A stretch of 64,000 bases of DNA from Camelus dromedarius (taxonomy: Eukaryota), in assembly GCF_036321535.1 (NCBI RefSeq), contig NC_087472.1:92382001-92446000 (forward strand). The letters are read 5' to 3'. How positions within the stretch are numbered: position 1 is the stretch's first letter; the number at the start of each line of letters is the position of its first letter. This document shows positions 51,380 to 64,000 of this stretch, piece by piece. The notes beneath the pieces are model-generated. The model made no database searches. It had not been told where the DNA came from and saw only the letters and a program-made list of their open reading frames with translations. The translations under genes and the position numbers were made by a program.

Positions 51380-51650
51380 AAAAGCCACTTTTTATGGGAA
51401 ACCTTCCTGGGTCTCGGGAAATGGATGTCACCGATACTTCCATCATCTTCCATAGCACTTTGTGCCCCACTCATAGCACTGACCACTTTCTAACTTCTAC
51501 CATAATCATTTGCGTACATGCCTTCCCTCTACTTCGACAATCAAGAGTTAAGTTCATAACCCAGGCCTGAATCTTCACAATATCTGTCTTTACCCCTAGC
51601 CTTGTAGAGGGTGCTCCATAAATATTTGTAGAAAACATATATGAATGACT
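51380..51650 (+). mobile_element. L2 3' fragment
   Basis: gggaaaccttcctgg...gtagagggtgctccataaatatttgt...atgaatga. Confidence 0.55.
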
Positions 51651-51724
51651 CTGAGAGAATGAACTTGAGAGTGTTGTGCTAAAACTGTTTCAAAAGATAC
51701 TGACATACTTCTTACCAGCCTGAA

Positions 51725-51860
51725 AGTGCTCTGGATTTGAAACCAAAGAACCACAACTAAGACTCATCTTTGTTACTTGTTGATTACATGGGTTTGGGCA
51801 AGTTAACTACAAATTAGCTTTCCTGCCTACAAATTGAGGTGACTGTATGACTTAATCTCC
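51725..51860 (+). mobile_element. MIR fragment
   Basis: gtgctctggatttg...tttgggcaagttaact...ttcctgcctacaaattgagg. Confidence 0.5.
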
Positions 51861-52816
51861 AATACTGGTTGGCTCATTTCTATAGGAGCAGTGATCAAAA
51901 AGATCAATGATAATGTATTCAAATGATACATAGACTTTCCTCTGGTAAGTAAGTATAGAGCATATTGAAGAAAAAAAAAGACATGCAGACTCTACCCCTG
52001 AAATCTCCTCAATACTAAATATGATGCCAATACTACATTTCTGGGCTCTAGTATTAAATACGATTACTATAATTTTATACCTAAGTAATTCATCTTCCTT
52101 CTTTATTAAATATTAACACCTTTAAAGCAAATTTTTATAGGTTAAATATTCTAATTGTAGATATTTTTGTTGGAAACATATGTATTCATTTTCCCATCTC
52201 CCCAGATTAGCAAGCAAGTTCTTAAGGACATGTCTTTTGTCTCCCCCTAAATGCTATATATACCACCAGCATCTAACAATAGTACATGGTACGTGGTATA
52301 TATACAGTACATACTTGTAAATGAATGAATGAATAAATTTGGATCTCAAGATCCTACTTGCTTTAGATAGTCCATACATATAGGACTGATATTTTAATCA
52401 GTTGTAGAAGTTCTTTTGTGTTAAAGTTTTTTTTTTATTGGAATCCATAAAAAAGGGAGATATTGGCCTTTCCCAGCAATGACACAAATATAAATGATGT
52501 TGTTCACGAAGAAATGAAGCATTTATATGGCCAGATTTATTTTTTAAATCATCATAATAAATTTTTCTAATTTGTATACAGTAATAACTTCTCTTTCATA
52601 ACCTGATTCATAATACTTCAGTCCAGTAAGTCCAGTGATTTTCTTAAAAAATGCTTCTTCAATCTATTTTCATATATTTGACATTAATATTGTAACTAAT
52701 ATCTCAGGTCATTATTTAATTTTGAGCATTCCTCATGTGGAAAACACTCAGAACTCTTAAGGGAAATAAAAACTATGACTTTGGTTAAGTACAGGAAACT
52801 AAAACATTCAAGAGGG

Positions 52817-53200
52817 CTTTTTTTAACTTCTCATTTTTAAATAATTACAGATTCAAAAGAGCTTGCAAAAATAATACAAAGAGGTTCCTTGTACCTTTCA
52901 CCCAGTTTCCTTCAATGGCAACATCTGACGTAATTTTAGGATAATATCAAAACCAAAAAATTGACATTGGTATAATCTACAGACTTTATTCTGGTTTTGA
53001 CAATTTTATATACATTCATTTGTGCGTATGTGTGCATTTGTGTGTGTATAGTTCTAAACAATCTTATTATATGTATAGTTTCATGTAACAACTACCACAA
53101 TCAATATACAGACTGTTTTATTCCATCAAATAACCAAATCCCTTGTCCTACATCTGTATATTCATACCCACCTCCAACCTGTCCTTATCTTTTAATACTC
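52817..53200 (-). mobile_element. L1MC-like 3' end
   Basis: aaataattacagattc...ttgcaaaaataatacaaagagg...cacccagtttcc...atcaaaaccaaaaaattgacattggt. Confidence 0.85.
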
Positions 53201-54338
53201 TACATTTTAAAGAAAAAAATCTATATTTTAATTGACTTGTCTTTCCATAAAGGAACAATTTTTCCTAGATTCCCAATACATGCATGGTTTCCATGTTTTT
53301 TTTTTCTTAAAAGGCTATTTGTCTTGCTGTCTGCCAAAATCTTAAATGAAAGAGTTATTATATGCTCCATTTTCTGTCACACTTTCTACTGAGGAATGTG
53401 ACTTTATAAACTAATGAACAGAAAGCTTTATTTTAGAAGATGGCAATGTGGGGGTTCTGAGAATTTGTGTTAAATAAGACAACACTTAGTTTAATCACTA
53501 GCAATTTAAATGATTAGTAGGAAATACTAATGTGTTTTGGTAGTTCAATTTACCTGTAAGTTTCTACTTGTCAATACCAACACTGTTGACAATTGGAAAA
53601 AACTAACACAAAATTTGAAATAGAAGATCTGATTATCAGTGACATTCATGTAGCAAGGATTTTTATAGAAAAGTGACCTATAAATAAACAACAACAAAAA
53701 AACCCCAAGAACAACCATCTCCAGTCGCTCAACTTTCCTTCCAGCTGTATTGTATTAAGATGAATGTCTATAAGCATGCTACCTGTTACAAATTCTATCA
53801 TATAAATGTAGAATATGCAACCAAAAACAATCATCAATTTTGGTTAGCATGTAAAGTGTTCTTGAAGTTAGGTATTTTTTATTTAAATAGCTAGTGTTGT
53901 TAATATTATAGGCATTTAACATATTAACTTCATCTACCTTACTTTCACCACACTTTTTCTAATAATTTCTCCTTATGAGAAAAAAATACAGACAGTAAGT
54001 TATGAATCTAATGTAACATACTCATATATACATCATATACCCAATGGTTTATGACAATGATAAAGTAAAATAGATTGCTATATATAATTTTTTACCGTTG
54101 TCTTAATATAATGAGTTTATAATAAGTATCCTCAGTATTTTTGGTAGAATCACATTTTATTTGGTATGTATCATCAGTGGAAGCACAGGAAAATAGCTTT
54201 TTAAAAAAAAAGTTAATGTTTTTAGCTTGAAATAATAAAAAAATTTAGTGACATTTATTTACTAATGAAATTTTAAAAAGAATAATGACATTTAATGTTG
54301 AAAAAGATAACCATTTTTCAATTTATATAGAATGAGTA

Positions 54339-54530
54339 AATTGACCCCTTAACAGTGTAGGGGGACAAAAATCCACATAGAACTTATATCTGGCCTTGTG
54401 TATGTGCATTTCTTCCATATCCAAGGTTCAACCAACTGGAGACCACGTAGTGCTGTAGTATTTACTATTTTTTTTAAATCCACCTATAATTGGACCTACA
54501 CAGTTCAAAACTGTGTCGTTCATTCAACTG
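54339..54530 (-). mobile_element. Tigger2/MER8-like MITE, opposite orientation to the copy at 6123
   Basis: ttgacccctt...aatccacctataattggacctacacagttcaaaactgtgtcgttca.tcaactg|ta. Confidence 0.75.
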
Positions 54531-57090
54531 TAATGTTATTTTGTTTTCTAGTCTATAGTTCTTTTTAGTACATTACAAAAGGAAATGACAGTAACTATCT
54601 ATTGTAATAAAGAATTCAAAGGCAGATAGGTAATTGCCTATCCAGTAGAAAATCACTTCATCTAGTAAATGAGTTCACAGTAAAGAAAACTTTGGTCCAC
54701 TAAATGCATATTACCAAAGTCAGATGCCTTGTTTCAATAAGTGTATGTGCATGTTTTTAAGAGATAATATCTAAATTATATATATATATATTATAATGAG
54801 ATTTAAATTTTAAGTTTCATTTGAAGAACAAAACACATTCCATCTGCTATGTCTCTTAACAACTCACACATATGAGGGAATAAAGAGGTAAAAAGTTGAA
54901 GAAAGAGCTTTTGAATCAACTGTCTGTATGCTTTGGAGCTAAGCCCACTGTGCAGGGGTTGGAAATGTTTTCCTGTTCACCCTGAGTCAAGAGAAAACCT
55001 TCACCCTTCAGTTTGTGAGAAAAAAAAAAAGGATACACCATTATCTGACTTAGAGCTGAGTAGGAGTTTTATAGCCAAACAAGAGATGACTGTTGCACTG
55101 ATCCCAGACTTTATTGGAACATGAACAGACAAGAGGTGAGCTGTGTGTGATTAAGAACTAATGTAGGTTCATCTTAGGTCCTGACCAAGAGGAATGTCTG
55201 GGAGAGCCACAGACCTCAGCAGAAAGGCTTGAGAAGACATACTGAATGCCTTGAAGCTGGGGGAGGAGACTGGAATAGATGAAAATTGACCCCAAAGAGG
55301 GAAATAACAGGTGGTATCTCTGAAAACGTCTATGCACCATCACCACAGTGCCAGTGAGGTAAATACTCTACTGCTCCCCATACCTCTATTCCTCCCTGCA
55401 CTCTAATCATGAGGAATCCAAAACCAAGGTAGCAAGATGTTGAAAATATATAAAAGTGCATGGCAGAGAAAGAAGAAAACAAACCACACCTTCCAGCTTG
55501 CCACTGGGCCACACTAGGGGAAAGAGGAGATATGGAGAAGGAACCTACTACTTTAAAATAGAGTTTTGATTATTATTGAACACATTACTGGGAGGAAGGC
55601 CTTTTACCTTCTGAAGGTGATCCAAAGGGTCATGAGATGTGCACTACATTTCATGGAGAGCCTGAGTAAGAACAGCCCCATAGTCTTAAAAAAAAAAAAA
55701 AAGTAGGAGGTAACGTTGCTCTATGATAGCATTATATAAGTAGGGTTTGTTTATTTATTCCTTACAACTATTAAATCATCACCTTTATAGTTAATGTGCA
55801 CCATAACTAGTTATATAAATAAGCAAGGGAGCCAAATACATTTAAACCTTCCTCATTCAGTGCAAACACAAACATACGTGTTATAGTTAATACAGGCAGA
55901 ACGTATCAAATTTAAATGTGGTTGAATCCAAAAGCCAGCCCCTTTACACGACTGCACATTGGAAAATGCATATACATATCACCTGTTTTGCTTTGTCTTC
56001 ATTCACACCAAGGAAGTTTTGTAAAGAAATTCATAAGAAGGTGGACTTATTGGACAAGTAAAAAACACAGAGCATCTAAACTCAACTAATACTGACAAGA
56101 ACTAAAGTGGAAAAAAAAACCCCACAATTTCTCAATAGCTCCCTTCCTGTGGCTCACAATTGTATACAAAGCCCATTACAGTAATAACACTTCACAAGCA
56201 GTACTCTTACATTTCAAGGGAAAAGAGTGCTTTCGGAAACATGAACTGAAATACTGATTCAAATAGTGTATTTTTAAACTCAATTATAGTACTAACAGCT
56301 CTTTCAATTTTTAGGAAAATTTAAATTTTGCTGCACCCCTCTTTCTCACACAATCCTATTCATTTCGGTTTTATTCTCCACTAGATTTCTGTTTCAATTC
56401 AATAATTTCAGCATTTCTATTTTGAGAAATTATAGATAATTAATTACTCTGTCCCTCCAGATTGATTTAAATTATTACAGAAAATGGGATTCAAAGTTTT
56501 TAATGTGCACTAGGGGAAAAAAATCACATTGGCGGTAATCATTAGTAATTAAATGCTTTTAAAATTAGGAAGATAAATATATCCTGCCAGTCAAATTCCT
56601 CAGAGTCACAAAGGAAGAGACTTTACCAGGCTGCTTAAAGGAATGGAAGTTTATTGTAAAGAAAAAGAGGTAATTCTGTGGAAGAACAATGATTCCAATT
56701 GCAGGCATGGAGGGTGTAAGCATTGTAGGCTCCTGGGAAAGTTGTTCTAGTTTCAACAGGAGCCGGATTACCCACCCTAACTTTGCACTTACTTTGCAAT
56801 TACAGAGAGAGGAATGTGTATGGGACTGCACTTACTTGGTTTGATTCAGCACTACACCACAGAGCAGGGCTCTAGAGGGCAGTTTAGACCACCTTTTCAG
56901 AAAAGGCTCTATTCCGTTATGGTCAGCTTCCAGTTTCAGGCTGGTCAATTTCAGTACCTCTGTATGGCAGCTAGAGTTTTCCATAAGGAAGCAAACTGGC
57001 ATCTAAGCCCAAAAGTATGAAGACAGGGGTAAGGGGAGATGGAATTGGTTGAGACCACGTTCCTATGAAGGCATTTATACAAATGAAAGG

Positions 57091-57511
57091 TGTTGGGCGA
57101 CATTCTCCAGAGGTCCTTCACATGTCTGTATATCTTGTGAGCAGAGGTACTTTGTCTCAGACTATCTTTTTAAAGATGTTTGTACAATGAACAGCGTTAT
57201 AAGATAAAGATAGCATCTCCCTCTGAGCAATGGGCAGGCATGCTTACTGTTCAGTGTAAAACATTCGGTTCCCTTAAATACAGGGTTCCTCTCCTATAAT
57301 GCAACTCACTGTGCAAATAGGTGTCATCTGGCCTTCTCTATGCCACACTGTGGGAACTGGGGTTTGGAGAACTGCGATTGCCACAAGTAATAAAGCCCTT
57401 AGACTCTGACCCCGGAGTCTATGTCTTCTGCCAGTAACCATGAACCTGTAGTAGGGCATCTTGTTAGCCTGCAAATAGGGTCAAACCTGAGACAGCTCAG
57501 AAGTTGTCACA
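57091..57511 (+). mobile_element. ERVL solo LTR (LTR40-like)
   Basis: tgttggg...agtaataaagccc...ctctgaccccggagtct..gtcttctgccag..ccatgaa...cttgttagcctgcaaataggg...tgtcaca. Confidence 0.85.
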
Positions 57512-58319
57512 ATTCTTAGGAGAAGGTTGAGAAGATCACTAAATGTTTCCATAGAATATTCAATCACTCTTCAATTTATAAGCCAAGCAGCATGCTACAT
57601 CCTGCAGTCTAGAAGAATGGAACGGCTAAATGTTTTGTTGCCATACAGAATAAGCTTCAAATTCTTAATCTGTCACTTGTTTGTTGTTGCAACTTCTTTA
57701 CCTATGAAATGGGTATTTAAAAAAAATTTATATGGCAGTGTTGATCATGCATACAAATATATAATACAGTATTTTTTTTTTCGGGTCTAGGGTATCCCAA
57801 CCTAAGATGACTCCTTAATATTTTCACTATTGTAGAGCTCCTCGCCCTTGTCACAGACTGGACTAAAGGATTGTACTCCTGGTGTCAAGTCATTTTCTGG
57901 CATCCTGATATTTCACTTCTGCAAAACCAATTATATTGTCCAGGCATTCTGTCCAACTTGGTCACAAAGAAGCCATATGAAGCCAATTACATCATTTTTC
58001 ATTCCAGTATTTTTCTTAAGTGCTTTCAACTCTGCTGCATGTACCTAGCTTTTTAAACAATGGATATGACAATCACTCATTTTTATAGCATCATTATATT
58101 TTGTATGTGCCATAAATTTCTGTGAATGAAAACAAACATTTCCACATGGCAACTTGAAAAATGTTTAAAGTTTACTGCAGACTGTTAAGAAAAAGTCTAT
58201 TAACATTGAGTTTTTTTTTTTAAGAGATGCAGGTGGCAAAAATGCTAAAACTAACAGTAGAGTGACCATTTGGACTAAAACTGGAACTATTCATTTTATT
58301 GAAGTACTTCCACTCGCCA

Positions 58320-58650
58320 TCTTCTTAGTCATTTCCTGCTCCTTTCCTGGAAAACCTCTATGGTGTCAGTCAAAATTAGACCCATACTTAAATATTTAAA
58401 TGCAGCCTTTTCTTGCCACCATGACCTTGATACCTGAGCTCAGCTGGTGAATGTCATTTCTCCTTTCTTTATACACCTGTCACATATTTTACCTTCTGAA
58501 GCAATTAATCATATCCTTTCTTATAATTAGTTTTGGATGTGTAATATCTCCCTCTGTTACACTGTAAATCACCCTGAGAAGGAGGTTTATAGTTTAATTA
58601 TATTTTATGACTTACAGTAGCAAGGAGTCAGCAGTATTCATAGAATGTGT
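58320..58650 (+). mobile_element. L2 3' fragment
   Basis: catttcctgctcctttcctggaa...acactgtaaatcaccctgagaaggagg. Confidence 0.5.
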
Positions 58651-58719
58651 CCGAAGTGAAGAACATTATAATATAAACAATAAAGCAATAGAGATCCAGA
58701 ACTAATAATGATACTACAC

Positions 58720-58930
58720 TAATCTTTATTGAGAATTTACTTTAAGCCAGGCATTGTGGTAAGTGCTTTACCTGCATTTTCATTTGATATTTACAATAAC
58801 CCTTTGAGATTATCAATATCATTATTCCCATTCTAGATTTAAAGAAAGGGAGGCTTAGCATAGGTAAGTAACTACCTTCAAGGTCATATAGCAAGTTAGA
58901 AATAAAGTCAGGTTAAGAGTCCATGCCATT
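58720..58930 (-). mobile_element. MIR SINE
   Basis: tttattgagaatttactttaagccaggcattgtggtaagtgctttac...ttcaaggtcatatagc. Confidence 0.85.
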
Positions 58931-59579
58931 AAGTTCCTTTGTAAGAAACCAAAATGTAAGAATGCAGACACCATTAGAAATTTACCACCATGCTTATCTA
59001 AGAAGAGCACTCTAAGGAATATTTCCAGTCCATTAATATTCTATAATTTTATGAATGATAAATGCAAACTTTTACTTAGTGACTCACTTGACAAAAAGCT
59101 TTTCTTATTGCCTTGACACCTAAAATATAAATTTTTAAGTCACAAATTACCCATGATCATTTAAAAAGTATCATTAAAAGTGGTAAGGATGACAGGTTTT
59201 TAACAGTGTACAATTAACCCCATAAATACTTTATTCAACCTTCATGGCATAATAAAAAATCATGATGGCTTTGGGAACACCATAACACATCGTATATATA
59301 GTAACAAAATTTTCTTCTGCTTTAAGTCCAGTGTAGTCATAGGAAGTGATCTATGTAGTTCAATTTGACATGAGAACATTATCTTATTTGTGTTCTCACA
59401 AAGTGCTAATCAGGAAACTTGGAGAAGAATAGAATCTCTGTTCCTATGAAGACAACATAACTTAAATGGCTCAGTTTCATTCTATAGGAGTATGTTAGGT
59501 GGTGCTTTGCAGAAAACAAACTTTAGCCTAATAATAATTTAAATATCAATTCTTACAGCTTAAATCAAGGTATGACATC

Positions 59580-60400
59580 CATCAAATGTCATCATATAGG
59601 TTCAGATGAGCACTGGTTAATTTAATTCATTCACCAAATCTTTATTAGGCACCTACTACCCTCTGAGATAATGTATTAGTTGCTTGGAACACACAGACTA
59701 GTAAAACACCATTCCTGCTGTTTAGGCACTCGTGGTCTAGAAATGGGAACTAGAAATGCAAACAAGTCAGGGTGACAGTGTGTATTTTATAAGAGAAATA
59801 TATACAGGCTGAAATGGGTGCCTCAAAAACATGGTCAGTTCTAATTAAAGGAATAACAAAGTTTCACTGAGCTAAAACCCTGAAAACAATCTTGAGTCTT
59901 GAAAACAGGGAGAAAAGTTTTTTTTTTTTTTTGAAGGGGATGGGGTTGAGAATGCAAGGGGGTACTTCAGACAGTAGGAAAAGCTTAAGAAAAGAGACGG
60001 AGACTAGAAAATAGTCTCACATGTTCTGGGGATGACAGATTGGATCACAGAAGGGATAAAGGTGTGATAAAAGGGCTACCTGGAAAGATAATCTAGAACT
60101 AGATCACGGAGCGTTTTGTCTAAGAAATGATCATGCTTGCACTTTATTCCATAGGTATTTCGGAGGCCATGAGAATGCTTAGGCAAAGGAAAAACAGAAT
60201 CAGATTTAGATTTGAGAGAAAATATACTGGCAATTCAGAGTAGGAAGGCTGGATCAGAAGTATGAAAATGTGAAAAGTGGGGAAATGCTAGAAGACTGCA
60301 TTAGCCCAGATAGGAGATGATCAGTGTGAAGTGAGGTGGTAGCAGAAGAGACTGAGAAGAGGGGGAAGACCACAGCAGTATATCCCCACAGTGCACACCT
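59580..60400 (-). mobile_element. L2 LINE 3' portion
   Basis: attcattcaccaaatctttattaggcacctact...gaggccatgagaatgcttaggc...atcagatttagatttgagag. Confidence 0.75.
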
Positions 60401-60470
60401 TAGAAATATTTGAGTTCTTTTTTGTTTCATGTTGACTGGTAGGTAATACTGACATTTAGTGGTTGAAACA

Positions 60471-60916
60471 TGTATTAGTCTCCTATTGCTGTTGTAACAA
60501 ATAATCATAAATCTGCTGGCTTAAAACAGCACAAATTTATTATCTTACTGTCATGGAGATGAGGAATCTTAAGTAGGGAGGCAGGGCTGCACTCCTTCTA
60601 GAGGCTCTACAGAAGAATCCACTTATTTGCCTTTTCCACTTTCGAGAGGCTACCCACATTCCCTGCCTCAAGGTCGTCCATCACTCTGACCTCTCCTTCC
60701 ATGACATCTTCTCTGACTCTGACTCTCCTGCCTCCCTTATAAAGACCCTATGATTGCATTGGGCCCAATCTGATAATCCAGGAGAATTTCCCCATCTCAA
60801 GATCCTTAATTTAATCATATCTGTAAATTCTTTTTTGTCATATATGATAATATATTCACAGGTTCTGGGCATCAGGGCATGGACATCTTTGGAGGACCAT
60901 TATTGTGTGCAGTACA
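60471..60916 (-). mobile_element. MaLR solo LTR (MLT1C-like)
   Basis: tgtattagtctcctattgctgttgtaacaaat...gattgcattgggccca...gataatccagg...ggacatctttggaggaccattatt. Confidence 0.9.
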
Positions 60917-61329
60917 GGATACATATGTTAAAATTTTGTAATATGTAGGCTATTGCCTAATGACACAGCATTGTCCCACAATCCACATGATTTTGGAATG
61001 TTCCTTTGGAAGCTGGCAAAAGTGAAAAAATTGTTTTTAGTTACATGAACCTAGAGCCTAACTTCATTTAATATGAACATGCAAAATATTTTTTCAAAGT
61101 TTAGTGTATATTGCTTTTCCTGCAATTCAAATATGTGTAATTCAAAGAAAGATTTTGCTTCATTTTTCTTTGCAATTTTACAAAGGCCTTTACACCATTT
61201 TAGAAAAATCATATCACCTTGGCTCTGCCACTTCTGGAATGGTATCACCACCTGTCTAAAAATTAACCAACATAAAATGTTCTGCTTTGGATGTTACATA
61301 ATGGCAAAGCCCTACGGTGGGTCTACCTT

Positions 61330-61763
61330 AAACCAAAGGTATAAAGCAGGGTGCCAGATTCAGTTTCTCTGTCTCTGGACTTGGCTGAGCTCTGCTCTTC
61401 CTCATGAGTGACTTAATTCTCACATCATACAAACAGCAGCAGCTCTAGCTTTACAGCTCCTCAGCTTCAAATCCACCTGGATTTTCTATCACTCAAACAA
61501 AAACAGGGAGGTAAACTTTACTGATCTTCATTGGCCAACTTAAGGCACATGCTTATCTCCAAACTAATCAATGAGGCTTGGGGGATGACTCTAGTGTGCA
61601 TCTTAGGGCAAAGTCAGATGCTCCATGCCCAATCCCAGGATCTAGCCATATCCGATGCAAATAAATCAGAAGTGGGGGCCCTGGTGGATTCCAGGAGGAA
61701 AATCTGGGCACTATTACAGGAAGGTGATGGATGCTGAAACAAAAATGGTTGATGGCCATTACA
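61330..61763 (-). mobile_element. Old MaLR LTR remnant (MLT1J/K/L-like)
   Basis: cagcagcagctctagctt...ctcagcttcaaatcca; cattggccaacttaaggcacatgc; ggatgctga...ccattaca. Confidence 0.6.
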
Positions 61764-62019
61764 CTAATTATAAACTCAAAATCTGTCATTTAATGTGTTT
61801 GGGATTTTAGATTTCAAAAATCACTTATAGTTAATTTATTACAAATGGTGAATAGCCTAGATAAATTGTAAAAATGAATGCAATTGTTCTTCAGTTGCAC
61901 CTGCTTTACATTATGAGAATTTTTTTCAAAAGCATTTTTGTCAAAATCTGAAAAAGGGATAAAGTTGACTTAGTTATATAAATATAATTACGATTATTGT
62001 ATGCACTTTTGAGAGCAAT

Positions 62020-62155
62020 CAATCCACTAAAACAAAATGTCACAGGGGCAGAATTTTTTATCTGCTTGGGTCACTGCTGAATCTCCCCAAAAGAGGATGT
62101 GGTACAGAGTAGGCATTGTATAATTATTCTTTGATGGAATGAGTCAATAAATGAG
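62020..62155 (+). mobile_element. L2 3' tail
   Basis: ggggcagaattttttatctgcttgggtcactgctgaatctccc...gtggtacagagtaggc. Confidence 0.7.
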
Positions 62156-62382
62156 TCTATTTAATTCTTTCTAGAGTTTGCTACACCAATGAACTTTAGC
62201 TGAAATGATCAAGGTGTTCAAAGTACAAGTAGAGAAAGTACCTTTCAATATGAAGAGTTAGGGGCTTAACATCCATATCTATTTTCAACAGTAATAGTAC
62301 TACCTAGACTATTAACATACAAATTATTAATAGGTTAAGATTCTAAAGCAAAATATTCTCAGAGACAAAAGATTCATTTGGA

Positions 62383-62500
62383 TATTGTAATAATCTATAA
62401 TGGAAAATAATCTGAAAAAGAAACATATATATTATATATATATAAAAGAATGATTTTGCTCTATACGTGAAACACTGTAAATCAATTATACTTCAATTAA
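62383..62500 (+). mobile_element. 5'-truncated L1 3' end with a 16-bp TSD
   Basis: ttgtaataatctataatggaaaataatctgaaaaag...aacactgtaaatcaattatacttcaattaaaa; TSD aaaagattcatttgga / aaaaaattcatttgga. Confidence 0.85.
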
Positions 62501-62599
62501 AAAAAATTCATTTGGAGCTCTGTAAAGACACAGCACTGCTATTCTACACATACAAGTAGTGAGAGCATAATATGAAATGGCTGAGATAGTAATGAGTAA

Positions 62600-62800
62600 T
62601 TGTTACGAACATAACATGTGCTAAGAGCCTTATAAGTATTATTTCACTTAATCTTCATCAGAACCCTAGGATGGGACTAGTATTGTTTTCATTACAGGTG
62701 AGGAAATTGAGAATAAAAGATCTTAATTAACCACCTTCAGTTCACATATTAGCAAGTGACATGCAGCTCTGTTTCTAGAGCTCATGCATTAATCACCATG
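62600..62800 (-). mobile_element. MIR SINE
   Basis: tgtgctaagagcc...cacttaatcttcatcagaaccct...cattacaggtgaggaaattgag. Confidence 0.75.
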
Positions 62801-63124
62801 TAACCCTTTCTACAGAATTTAAATAGCTTGCACAGTGGAATTATAATACAGAGGGTTTTGGGGGGTTTTACAGTAATAATATTGGTCCAAAGAAGGAAAC
62901 ACACTGAAAATATGGATGCATTTACCATGTATTCAACCTCTCTTGTTTTGCTTCATACAAAAATGTGATATATACACAGATATACTTGAGCATGCGTGTG
63001 CTGGTGAACACTTACACACATACATCCACATAAAGATACAGGAATCTAAAACTCCACTGTAACAATCAAATTCTAAGCAATTCAGCAAAGTACAAGAAAG
63101 GAAATATGTTTGTATTTGGTAAAG

Positions 63125-63330
63125 TGGATAAACTGATAGAGCACAAGATTTGGAAACAAGGAAGAACAGCCTAATTGAGGTCCCACTGCTCCCTTAAAAA
63201 ATGAAAATAACTGAATCTCTTCTTCTTGAAAAAGAGGGATAAATAATACTTAAATCTTACCTATCTCAAAGGGGTGCAAGGGGATTAAAAAATTTAAAAA
63301 TAAGTCTTAGATATATCTGCAGATTTTCAG
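63125..63330 (+). mobile_element. MIR fragment
   Basis: gatagagcacaagatttgg...gggataaataatactt...cttacctatctcaaagggg...gattaaa. Confidence 0.55.
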
Positions 63331-63499
63331 AAGTGCTTCATAAAAAACACTACCTTTTCTTGCTCAGTTTATTTCCTTTCTTAAGGACAATAGTTCTCAC
63401 TGCACTGACAACCACCCTTACATGTGAAGTTCCCCATTGTATCATGTGCTATTGCATGGAACTTTTAAGAAAGGGCCTCAAGTCCTAGGGTTAGTAAAA

Positions 63500-63580
63500 T
63501 AGAGACAGACAGACAGAGACAGAGACAGAGACAGAGAGACAGAGACAGAAAGAGACAGACAGAGAGAGAGAAAGAAAGAA
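63500..63580. repeat. (GAGACA)n/(GA)n purine-rich microsatellite
   Basis: Direct inspection. Confidence 0.9.
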
Positions 63581-63696
63581 TTGTTTTATTGTTGTTACTT
63601 TGATCAAAGCCCAAAGGAGACATTTTTTTTCCCATTACCTTCAAAGATGAAATACTGTTCTGGACCACTAGTGCTCATGAGTGGATTATGCAGTAC

Positions 63697-63862
63697 ACTG
63701 GTTCTCAAACTATAGTCCCCAGATCTGTAGCAGCAGCCTCACCTGCGAATGTGTGAGAAATGCAAAGTTCTGTACACTGCCTGGACCAACTGAATCAGAA
63801 ATTCTTGTTGTAGCAAGGCCTCCATGTGATTCTAGTGCAAGCTAAAATTTGAGATCCACTCT
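63697..63862. mobile_element. MER5A-like hAT MITE
   Basis: actggttctcaaact...gcagcagcctcacctg...gaaatgcaaa...ctgaatcagaaattct...gtgattctagtgcaagctaaaatttgaga. Confidence 0.85.
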
Positions 63863-64000
63863 CTTAGTCAGCAATGAGGAAAAAACATTATTCTCTTTTT
63901 ATACAGTCTAATAAAGACCCATTACTGAATGCATAAGAGAATTCCCTTCATGTTTTATGGTTGTTAAAAAGGGGGGAAGTCACAACAGATTCTATTCAAA

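Noticed and set aside
52997..53392. 131-aa ORF
   Set aside because: Starts in an L1MC 3' end, low complexity, no recognisable domain.
54930..55620. Purine-rich block that might be an LTR
   Set aside because: I could not identify termini, TSD or family by eye, so it is not listed as a feature.

Overview
AT-rich, CpG-depleted eutherian mammal genomic DNA, either a large intron or intergenic. The young L1 3' ends and the absence of Alu, B1/B2, Bov-B/Bov-tA, PRE-1 and Can-SINE sequences suggest a cetartiodactyl, probably a camelid (inference from recalled repeat consensus, not a database search). I recognise no protein-coding gene: the ORF-track entries are chance ORFs, microsatellite translations or transposon remnants. 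Most recognisable sequence is decayed interspersed repeat: MIR, L2, CR1/L3, L1, MaLR/ERVL/ERV1 solo LTRs, and MER5 and Tigger2/MER8 DNA-transposon MITEs, several nested with visible target-site duplications (TSDs). The most striking structure is a perfect 83-bp inverted repeat (24022-24104 / 24395-24477) around a 290-bp TA-rich spacer that carries a minisatellite copied from the arm itself; it is either a PATRR-like cruciform or an assembly artefact. Other leads are an internal L1 RT fragment lacking TSD and poly(A) inside a CR1, a 24-nt candidate microexon with strong splice sites, a few weak exon candidates, CpG-retaining unique blocks that may be regulatory, and a Z-DNA-prone tract. I found no convincing new multi-component biological system. 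Repeat subfamily names and most repeat boundaries are approximate, by eye.
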